The position numbers were made by a program, and so were the translations under genes. A stretch of 44,955 bases of DNA, from positions 1 through 44,955 of the forward strand of contig DASZUH010000205.1 in the NCBI GenBank assembly GCA_035547715.1, written 5' to 3'. The DNA is from Solirubrobacterales bacterium (GTDB lineage: Bacteria > Actinomycetota > Thermoleophilia > Solirubrobacterales > 70-9). Shown one piece after another: positions 36,126 through 43,608 of this stretch (position 1 is the first letter of the stretch; every line of letters starts with the position of its first letter). The notes beneath the pieces were generated by a model. The model did no database searches. It had not been told where the DNA came from and saw nothing but the letters and a program-made list of their open reading frames with translations.

Positions 36126-36585
36126 CCCAATCCGAGCTATCAACCTCCCAACCTTTCACCGACCTGCCTGCTGGGCTCGTAGACGAGCTCATCGACGGGA
36201 CCGGTGAGATTGGGACGCGGGTCCTGGGAGGATTCGAGGAGCTGCGCGCGCGACGTGCCGAGCTTCGCTCTGGTCTCGAGAGTGAGGGCATCCTTGGTTT
36301 CGAGGGAGATCTCCCCGACGCCGAGCCGGCGACCGTAGCCGCGGTCGATGGCTCGTATGCAGTCGATCGCCTCTTGACGACCGACTTGTGCGTCTGCGCC
36401 GCGCGGCGCCCGGGATGATGGAGCCGTATCCCATTTACATGGCCGACCGCATGGTCAAGTCCGTCGCGACCGCGCTCCCGGCGATCCGCCAGATTGTGAC
36501 GCAGCAGGCTTGCGACAACTACGCGGGCGATGTCAGCGAGGTTTTCTTCGGCCTACACAGCTATCGATCGGAGGCAGGCGCTTGA
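36116..36585 (+). pseudogene. NurA-like nuclease remnant: N-terminal and C-terminal motifs only, in two frames (ORFs 36116..36418 and 36415..36585)
   Basis: ORF 1 has ATVAAVDGSYAVDRLLTTDLCVCAA, which resembles the first NurA motif (archaeal FVAIDGGS..). ORF 2 has MMEPYPIYMADRMVKSVA, which resembles the last NurA motif (GYPFPLLKAHMDV). The roughly 200-250 aa that normally lie between them are absent, and the two parts are in different frames joined at an ATGA overlap (36415-36418). Confidence 0.45.
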
Positions 36586-36587
36586 CC

Positions 36588-38330
36588 ATGGACAACGGAA
36601 TGAGCGAGCTGGTCGCCCAGTCCGAGCGACTAGGGGTCGTTGGTTCCCCGTCGACCACGGCTGAGCTCTCAATGGATGTGCTCGGGACCGCCGTGCAAAA
36701 AAAGCTTGTGGGCGAGCTCGCCTTTCTTCAATTTCCTCAGGACGGCCGCGAGCACTATGCCCTGGGCCAAATCACCGAGGTTGAGTTACGCAACGTTTGG
36801 CACGAGGACCCTACGATTCGCAGCCTGATTCGACAGCGCGGTGGTGTTGAGCAGATTTCCGAGCGCCAGGACACCCATCTTGGCCGCATGACGCTTAGCG
36901 CAATCTTTGCTGCCGACCCGTCCGGTCGTTACCAACCCGCGTTCCTCGGCACCGTTCCGTCGACCGGCGGCAACATCTACCTCGTTCGCGATGGCCTGTT
37001 GGAGAAGCTGCTCGAGCCCTTCAAAGACGAGCTTTTCTACCTCGGTCGGGTTTACGGCTCTACTCCGCGTCTGCCGATGTGGTTTAAGCATTTCGGGTCA
37101 GGAGCTGGCGGCGCTGGCGAGGCCTATCACCTTGGCATCTTTGGCAAGAGCGGCTCCGGTAAGTCTGTGCTCGCCAAGCTGATTCTCCTGGCCTATGCGC
37201 GTCATGCCGAAATGGGCGCGATCATCGTCGATCCACAGGGGGAGTTCGCGCGCGATCTTCGTGAGGGCGCACCGCCACACGAGGGCATGCAACTGCCGAT
37301 CCGTCAGACCCTTGACGGACTTGGCCGCGACACCGTGGTGCTGGGCGTCTCGGATCTTGTGCTGGATCGCTGGGAGATCTTCGAGGAGATCCTCTTTGAG
37401 TCGTCGTTGTTCGAGCGAGTTGCCATGCGGCGTGCCGAGAATCGTCGGCTTGCCTGCTCTGAGGTAGTCCAGCACCTCAAACGACGCAAAGTGAAGTTGG
37501 TCGACCTTCACAAACGGGAGAGTCTCGACGTTCTCTGGAGTACGTTCGACGACGAGAAGGCTCGCCAGCGCGTCTATAAGGACAAAGGAACGCGGGAACT
37601 GTTCGAGGCGCAGATAGCCGCGCTCGATCTGGATGTGATGCATAGCGAGATCTGGGCGCCAATCGGTGAACTGTTCAATGACTCTCGATCTGGTGCACGC
37701 AAGGTTAACTGGGCGATCGATAGTGCGCTGAACGACAAGAAGATCCTGGTGATTGATCTCTCGGGAAAGGACAGCGAGGGGCTTTACTGGACGTCGCGTA
37801 TACAGGCGCTCACCATTCGCAAGGTCCTCCAAGACCTGCAGCGACGCGCTGAGGACGCGTACAAAGAGGGCGAGAGCCTGAACACGCTCGTTCTCATCGA
37901 TGAGGCTCATCGTCTGGCCCCTCGCGAGAAGCCGGACGATCAGGTTGAGGAGCGGGTCCGATCGCAACTGATCGACGCTGTCAGGACCACCCGCAAGTAC
38001 GGACTGGGTTGGATGTTCATCTCTCAAACGCTGGCGAGCTTGCATCCCGAGATTCTCAACCAGCTCCGGATCATGTTCTTTGGCTTCGGGCTCGCGTTGG
38101 GTCAGGAGTACGAGGCAGTGGCCCGACTCATTGGTTCGCGTGGCCCGGCGCTAGACCTCTACCGCCTGTTTCGCGATCCGCATTCGTCATTCAGTGTCGA
38201 GAGTCGTGAGTATTCATTCATGACCATCGGGCCGGTCAGTCCGCTGTCGTTCGCGGGCACCCCTCTATTTCTGAACGTGTTCAATAATTCTGCCGACTTC
38301 CTTGGCGCGAACCGAGGACTCCAGACCTAG
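36588..38330 (+). CDS. HerA-like (FtsK/HerA superfamily, DUF87-type) ATPase
   Basis: Start at ATG 36588 (MDNGMSELV), 2 nt after the preceding stop. The N-terminal region is HAS-barrel-like (GVVGSPSTTAELSMDVL...ALGQITEVEL). Walker A is GIFGKSGSGKS, Walker B is LVLIDEAHRLAP, and C-terminal FISQTLASL is also present. 581 aa, the size of the HerA partners in SIR2-HerA and DUF4297-HerA systems. Confidence 0.8.
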   Translation: MDNGMSELVAQSERLGVVGSPSTTAELSMDVLGTAVQKKLVGELAFLQFPQDGREHYALGQITEVELRNVWHEDPTIRSLIRQRGGVEQISERQDTHLGRMTLSAIFAADPSGRYQPAFLGTVPSTGGNIYLVRDGLLEKLLEPFKDELFYLGRVYGSTPRLPMWFKHFGSGAGGAGEAYHLGIFGKSGSGKSVLAKLILLAYARHAEMGAIIVDPQGEFARDLREGAPPHEGMQLPIRQTLDGLGRDTVVLGVSDLVLDRWEIFEEILFESSLFERVAMRRAENRRLACSEVVQHLKRRKVKLVDLHKRESLDVLWSTFDDEKARQRVYKDKGTRELFEAQIAALDLDVMHSEIWAPIGELFNDSRSGARKVNWAIDSALNDKKILVIDLSGKDSEGLYWTSRIQALTIRKVLQDLQRRAEDAYKEGESLNTLVLIDEAHRLAPREKPDDQVEERVRSQLIDAVRTTRKYGLGWMFISQTLASLHPEILNQLRIMFFGFGLALGQEYEAVARLIGSRGPALDLYRLFRDPHSSFSVESREYSFMTIGPVSPLSFAGTPLFLNVFNNSADFLGANRGLQT

Positions 38331-38366
38331 GTGTTGCAACCCTTGGTGAGTTCGATCGAGTGCGCA

Positions 38367-39287
38367 CTAGCCGACATTCCGCCAGCCCGCCACCCTGCGT
38401 GAGGGGCGGGCGAAGCGCGGCTGGTAGTAGAGGTCGTCGGCGATCTCGACCAGTTTCGTTGCGAGGTCGTCGCTCTCGGCGGCGAGCGGCCCCGAGCTGC
38501 CAAACGCATCCGCGGCAAGCCCGGCGTCGTGGAGACCTTCTCGTACCTCTGCTGCGTTTACTTCCCTGAGCACGCCCTCCGCAAGCAGTCGTTCCACCCG
38601 CCGGGCGGTGAAGGCGTTCCGTGAGCAGACCCGCTCGACCGCCATGACGGTGTCGGCGCTGAGTCGAGCGCCAATGTCCTTCGCGAAGCGCCCGACGGTC
38701 TCCGGCGCCCGTCGTTTGACCTCGTCCGCGTCGACGAAGAGCCGTTCGGTTTGCTCGGGCCGGAGCACGTAGACCCTCTGGTCGACGACAGCCACCTCGG
38801 CGTCGTAGTCGAAGCTCAACAGCGGCTCCTCGACTGGACGGAGCTCGGTCCCCGCTAGGACGGCGTACCACTTGTTGGTCAGGCCGTAGGTCGGGGCGCG
38901 CCTGCGGATGACGACGGTATCGGTGCCGGCCTCTGCCAGACGAAGCGCGTAGAAGCTCCAGCGTCCTCCCTCTATTTCCTTCGCCCCGAGCGGCTCAGGG
39001 ACGCCGCTGGCCCGCACGGAGGCGACGGTGCGCTCGAGGCTCCAGGGCGCCTTCTCCTGGTAGTGGGAGTCGAAGCCATGGAGGCTACCGGCCAAAACCT
39101 CGCCGTCCTCGGGGCGGTCGGTTGGGTGGAAGGGGACCTCCTCTGATCCCTCGCACCGCTCTTTCACTCCGCGAACGATGTCGGCCAGCTGGGCCCTTGC
39201 CTTTTCGGAGAGGTCGACGTGGCCGAAAGCGGGCTCGCCTCTTGGCGGCCGCCGCCCCAGTATCGCCCGTACGTCATCACCCGGCAT
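38367..39287 (-). CDS. kwaB: KwaB-like protein (DUF4868), Kiwa defence system component
   Basis: 306-aa soluble protein. RWSFYALRL...VVIRRRAPTYGLTNKWYAVL...LLSFDYDAEVAVVDQRVYVLRPEQTERLF follows the DUF4868 pattern as I remember it. Its start overlaps by 11 nt the end of a 4-TM protein gene, which is the Kiwa architecture. Confidence 0.6.
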   Translation of the reverse strand: MPGDDVRAILGRRPPRGEPAFGHVDLSEKARAQLADIVRGVKERCEGSEEVPFHPTDRPEDGEVLAGSLHGFDSHYQEKAPWSLERTVASVRASGVPEPLGAKEIEGGRWSFYALRLAEAGTDTVVIRRRAPTYGLTNKWYAVLAGTELRPVEEPLLSFDYDAEVAVVDQRVYVLRPEQTERLFVDADEVKRRAPETVGRFAKDIGARLSADTVMAVERVCSRNAFTARRVERLLAEGVLREVNAAEVREGLHDAGLAADAFGSSGPLAAESDDLATKLVEIADDLYYQPRFARPSRRVAGWRNVG

Positions 39288-39849
39288 CTCCCGCTCCCGT
39301 CATGTTCTCTCGGCTCGGTATGTAGGTAACTCCTACCGCGCGCACAACCGTAACATCGCCTTCCGGAAGTGAAGCGTCCTCGACCAGCACGATGGTACGT
39401 TCGCCAGCCACCGTCGCCCGGCCAACCCTGAACCCCAACACATATATAAGTGGGTTCGCGACGGAGAGGTCGCTGACGAAGGCCACGAGGAGGATAAGGG
39501 CGGCGCAGATGCCATAGGCGACCAAATCACCGGAGCTCGGATCTCCGGCGGCGATCACGGGCAGAAGCAGCGAAACGATATATCCGGTGACCTCTGAATC
39601 GATCGGCTCGATATTGGTGACCAACGCGGTGCGCGGCTGGTGGCGTGGAAGCCAGCCCAAGAAAAGAGTCCAGGCGCCGAGCCCGATCATCCCAACAGCG
39701 AGTGCGACCCAGCCTGCCGGGTGCGGGATCGCCCGAGCGGCGACGATCAGAGCGATTGGCGAGTAGGCGCCGAGGAGCAGCACCAGGCGGCCCGCGAGCG
39801 GGCCCTGTCCGTGGCGCCGGGACTTGGCTCTTCTCGGTTGGTCCACCAT
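39277..39849 (-). CDS. kwaA: KwaA-like four-TM membrane protein, Kiwa defence system component
   Basis: Start chosen at ATG 39849 (MVDQPRRAK), giving 190 aa. Four hydrophobic segments (LVLLLGAYSPIALIVAA, WVALAVGMIGLGAWTLFLGW, GYIVSLLLPVIAAG, LVAYGICAALILLVAFV) precede a soluble tail. The first 50 codons of the ORF-track version lack coding character. Confidence 0.55.
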   Translation of the reverse strand: MVDQPRRAKSRRHGQGPLAGRLVLLLGAYSPIALIVAARAIPHPAGWVALAVGMIGLGAWTLFLGWLPRHQPRTALVTNIEPIDSEVTGYIVSLLLPVIAAGDPSSGDLVAYGICAALILLVAFVSDLSVANPLIYVLGFRVGRATVAGERTIVLVEDASLPEGDVTVVRAVGVTYIPSRENMTGAGDAG

Positions 39850-40190
39850 CCGATCGACGGTCGCACTCGATTCGGACGGGACGAGGGGCGAGAATCCAAA
39901 AGAGATCCCTGACGATGGCCGAGTGTCGGTGACTGCGCAAATTATTCGAGTGACTGACCGCCGGGCCCATGAGACTTGGACCCAGGGCGCAAAAGCCATC
40001 CTGTCTCGCTCGGCGTGAGCGCTGACGCCGTGTTCGGGGTCCCACGATTGCCTGGCACGCTGTCCGGCTGTCTGCCTCCCATATCCTCCGACCGTTTAAG
40101 TAAGATCGAGGCGCTCAAGGAACTTTCCGTCGCCGTCGTGGTTCACCTCGATGATTCATCGGCCGGTCATTCTCGAGCTCTCGGCTGACT

Positions 40191-43100
40191 GTGATCGATC
40201 CCGCGACAATTTTGCTCAATGGCCTGACCGCGAGTCAGGCCAAAGCCGTCCGGTCACCGCGGCGCGAGTTGATGGTCGTCGCCGGAGCGGGATCGGGCAA
40301 GACGGATGTGATGGCCAGGCGCATCGCCTGGTGGGTTGCCGTCGAAGGTGTGCCGAAGAGCCAGATCGTCGCCTTCACCTTCACCCGGCGGGCAGCGGAG
40401 GAGATGCAGTTCCGAATTAGGCAGTTCATCGAGCGGGTGACACCGGCCGGAGAAGACGTAACGCTCGGGGACATGTACGTCGGGACCATCCACGGCTTCT
40501 GCGTGAAAATGCTCCGTGACCTGGCCTCGGACGAGTACCACAACCTCGATGTTCTCGAGGATGGGGCGCGTGTGGCGCTCGTGCAGCGCGGCTATCACGG
40601 CACCCTCGGTCTCCCGAAGCTGCAATCGGCGATGAGCGCCGAGAGCGGCAAAAAGGTCGGCCAGTTCGCGACGATCAGCCGCTTCCTGAAAGCGTACGAC
40701 CTCCTAAACGAGTACGACGAGCTCGAGGTCGTGCTGCCGACGCCGACGCCTCCCGCGCGCCTTGGCGATGAGCGCGATTGGTGCCATGGCGCCGAGATGA
40801 AGACCGACGTCGGAGTCGGCGACGTGGCCGAGTCCTTCGAGCTCGCCGCCGGTCGCCTCTACGCCTTCGAGCGCTGCCGCCGCTTCCTCGACCACAGCAC
40901 CTCACAGTCGGAGCTACTGCGGTTGCTTCGCCGTGACGAGGGGTTGCTCGAAGCCCTACGAGAGCGAACCTCACACCTTGTCGTCGACGAGGTCCAAGAC
41001 ATCAACCAGGTGCAGAGTCGCGTAATAGAGGCGATCCTGGGTGAGACCGGACACCTGACCTGCGTGGGAGACCATCGTCAGGCGATCTTTGCCTGGCGCG
41101 GCGGTCGAGTCGAGATCATGGCCGACATCTTCGAAGAGCTGAGCGCCGAACCCGACGGTGAGGTGGTCGAGTTGACGCACAACTTCCGCTCGACCCCTCG
41201 AATCATCGAGATCGCCAACCGCTGGGCGTCCTCGATTGGTCCCGTGCAGTCGATGAGTAGTCCTGACATGGAGCACGGCCGAAGCTCCCGCGACGACGAA
41301 GCCGATGGCCACATCGCCGCGCTGGCATTCGAGGAGCGCACCGCCGAGGCCGCGTGGATAGCCGAGAAGATCCTCACCCTCGCCGACCCGCAGGCAGGCC
41401 TAGGCGCCGCGATGGACATCGCCGACGGCGAGGAGAGGGGCCTGACCTTCGCCGACATCGCGGTCCTCATTCGCTCGGGGACCGATGCGCGCACCTACAT
41501 GAAAGCGCTGCAGTCCAAGGGGATCCCGGCGGTGTTCACCGGCGGCGACCTCTTTTCCCAGCCCGAGATCCTTTTTCTGATGGCGGCCCTCGCCGCGATG
41601 GCCGGTATTGAGAAGTTCTACGGGAACCCCAAAGATCCGCGCTCCCTCCCGGGCCGGATCGCCCAAGTCCTCGACTGCGAGCCGACCCCAGAGGCCGTTT
41701 TACATTCCGCCGCCGCCGCGCTTGCGTCCGACGGCCTTCTTGTCGCCGACGACGTGGTCGAGCGGCTGTTGCTGGCGGCAAGGCTCTTCCGGGCCCGTAT
41801 CGAGAAGGAGACCGGCGCCTCCAAAGCCGAGAGGGACATACTGGCAACGCCCGACCTAGGTGCATTTCTGGGCAGAGCCGGAAAGGTCCGGCGGGTCTTC
41901 CCCCAAGAAATCCTTCACCTGATCCTCTCCGAGGCTGGGGTTCATGCCTGGGATGGCGCCGGTCCCCGCGGCGACACCGCCATGTTCCACCTCGGAGCAC
42001 TGAGTGCCTTGGTGCAGAGTATGGAGACGCCGGGCTGGACCTCGCCGTCGGACTTCACCTACCAGGTGGTTGCACTCGGCAACTGGGCCCCTCAGCAGGC
42101 CCGCCTGGAAGAGGCGCCGCTCCTCGAGCAGCCCGAAGCCGTGACGATCAGCACGGTGCACTCGGTAAAGGGGGCGGAGTATGCGGCCGTCTTCCTCGCC
42201 GACGTCTGCTCGCGACGCTTCCCGAGCTCCTTCGCCAAACGGATGGAGAGCCTGCCATTCGAGTCGCCGGTCTTCGACAAAATCGATCCGGCCGAACTCG
42301 CCGACAACGAGAACCTCGACAACGAGCGGCGTCTCATGTATGTCGCCCTGACTCGCGCGGAACGGTTCCTCGCAGTTACCTGCTCCGGGAAGTCGTCCTC
42401 CTTTTTTCAGCCCGTCCAAGGCCTGGTCGAGGAGGTCGGTGGCGAGACTTCGGACGAGAAGGCCGCGATGGGCCCGGTCCGGTTGGCCGAGGCCGCCCCC
42501 AAACGGGAGAGCCGCCTCGTAAGTACGTTCTCGGATCTGCGCTATTACCTCGAGTGCCCGCACGACTTCTATCTGCGCAAGGTGCTTGGGTTTGCGCCGA
42601 CGATCGACCAGGCCTTCGGCTACGGGCGTGGCGTCCACAATTTGCTGCGGGCGGTTCACTCCGAACCGGCGCGTTGGTCGGAGATTGCAACGAAGGATCC
42701 GGGACAATTGCGCCCCGAGCTCGAGAAATTGGTCGATCGCGGTCTCTTCTACCTCCGCTACACGACCGGAGAGCCGCTTGAACGGATGCAGAATCGTGGT
42801 CTCGAGATCGTCACTGACTACATCCTGAACTACGCTGGCGAGCTGGCCGAGCTCGAATTCGAGCCGGAGCGGGAGTTCGAGACGCTGATTGAGGAGGAGC
42901 AGGTGCTCATCTCCGGCGCGATTGATCTGGTCAGGCACGACGATCCTCCCACCGTGACCTTGGTCGATTTCAAGTCCGGTGAACCTGAATCAGATGTCAG
43001 CTCAAAACTCGACCGCGAGGAGATGCAGCTGCAGATCAGCCTCTACGGTGTCGCCGCGAAGAAGGAGCTCGAGTACAAACCCGAACAGGGTCTGGTTCGG

Positions 43101-43337
43101 TATTTAGGTGAGGCCGATCCCGACCGACGTGAGCTCAAGGTCCCCCTCGATGACGACGCGCTGGCCGAGGCGCGCCACGTCGTCGCCGGGACCGCCCGAT
43201 CGATCAAAGAACGGACGTTCAACTCCGGCCCGGCGCGTAAGCCGCGCGACAATAAATTGCACATTCGCTGCGAAGAGTGCGACTTCCTACGCTTCTGCGG
43301 ATTGCCAGCCGCCGAGACCGCACGCCAGCGCTCATAG
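40191..43337 (+). CDS. UvrD/PcrA-type SF1 helicase fused to a C-terminal Cas4/RecB-type PD-(D/E)XK nuclease with a 4-Cys Fe-S cluster signature
   Basis: Helicase motifs: LNGLTASQAKAV (Q), AGAGSGKT (I), FTFTRRAAEEM, LVVDEVQDI (II), VGDHRQAIFAWRGG (III), NFRS, ISTVHSVKGAEY (V) and YVALTRAE (VI). Nuclease domain: YLECPHDFY (Cys 1), GAIDLV, LVDFKSG (D..K), QISLYG (QxxxY) and CEECDFLRFC (Cys 2-4). Confidence 0.85.
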   Translation: MIDPATILLNGLTASQAKAVRSPRRELMVVAGAGSGKTDVMARRIAWWVAVEGVPKSQIVAFTFTRRAAEEMQFRIRQFIERVTPAGEDVTLGDMYVGTIHGFCVKMLRDLASDEYHNLDVLEDGARVALVQRGYHGTLGLPKLQSAMSAESGKKVGQFATISRFLKAYDLLNEYDELEVVLPTPTPPARLGDERDWCHGAEMKTDVGVGDVAESFELAAGRLYAFERCRRFLDHSTSQSELLRLLRRDEGLLEALRERTSHLVVDEVQDINQVQSRVIEAILGETGHLTCVGDHRQAIFAWRGGRVEIMADIFEELSAEPDGEVVELTHNFRSTPRIIEIANRWASSIGPVQSMSSPDMEHGRSSRDDEADGHIAALAFEERTAEAAWIAEKILTLADPQAGLGAAMDIADGEERGLTFADIAVLIRSGTDARTYMKALQSKGIPAVFTGGDLFSQPEILFLMAALAAMAGIEKFYGNPKDPRSLPGRIAQVLDCEPTPEAVLHSAAAALASDGLLVADDVVERLLLAARLFRARIEKETGASKAERDILATPDLGAFLGRAGKVRRVFPQEILHLILSEAGVHAWDGAGPRGDTAMFHLGALSALVQSMETPGWTSPSDFTYQVVALGNWAPQQARLEEAPLLEQPEAVTISTVHSVKGAEYAAVFLADVCSRRFPSSFAKRMESLPFESPVFDKIDPAELADNENLDNERRLMYVALTRAERFLAVTCSGKSSSFFQPVQGLVEEVGGETSDEKAAMGPVRLAEAAPKRESRLVSTFSDLRYYLECPHDFYLRKVLGFAPTIDQAFGYGRGVHNLLRAVHSEPARWSEIATKDPGQLRPELEKLVDRGLFYLRYTTGEPLERMQNRGLEIVTDYILNYAGELAELEFEPEREFETLIEEEQVLISGAIDLVRHDDPPTVTLVDFKSGEPESDVSSKLDREEMQLQISLYGVAAKKELEYKPEQGLVRYLGEADPDRRELKVPLDDDALAEARHVVAGTARSIKERTFNSGPARKPRDNKLHIRCEECDFLRFCGLPAAETARQRS

Positions 43338-43608
43338 GGGCTGGCGTATGCCTTACCCAATGCCCGACAATGCGAACGGCGGGCAACCCGGCCTGTATCC
43401 GCTCGGGTGGCGATGACCCTGGAAATCGCGCCGTGCGAGGTCTTCAGTTCTTCGTTCGGAAGTCACCCCTCTGCGAGCAAGTAGATAGCCGTCGTCTCGA
43501 GCGGTGATGGACAGCGCGTGAGACAGAAATCGGTTTGGGTCACCGCAGTCAGTTGACGCAATTCTCCGTCATCGAGCATCTGCGTTGGTCCTACTCGCAC
43601 GGCGCCAT

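Noticed and set aside
37098-38045. 315-aa minus-strand ORF antisense to herA, and the similar 360-aa ORF (41856..42938) antisense to the helicase.
   Set aside because: Neither has recognisable motifs. The sense frames carry complete Walker/helicase motif sets. Neither has a plausible RBS or operon context.
39850-40190. Small repeats in the kwaA/helicase divergent region: GTGACTG twice, and the hairpin CGGCGT-8-ACGCCG at about 40011-40030.
   Set aside because: They are short enough to occur by chance. Promoters presumably lie here, but I cannot place -10/-35 elements with any confidence.
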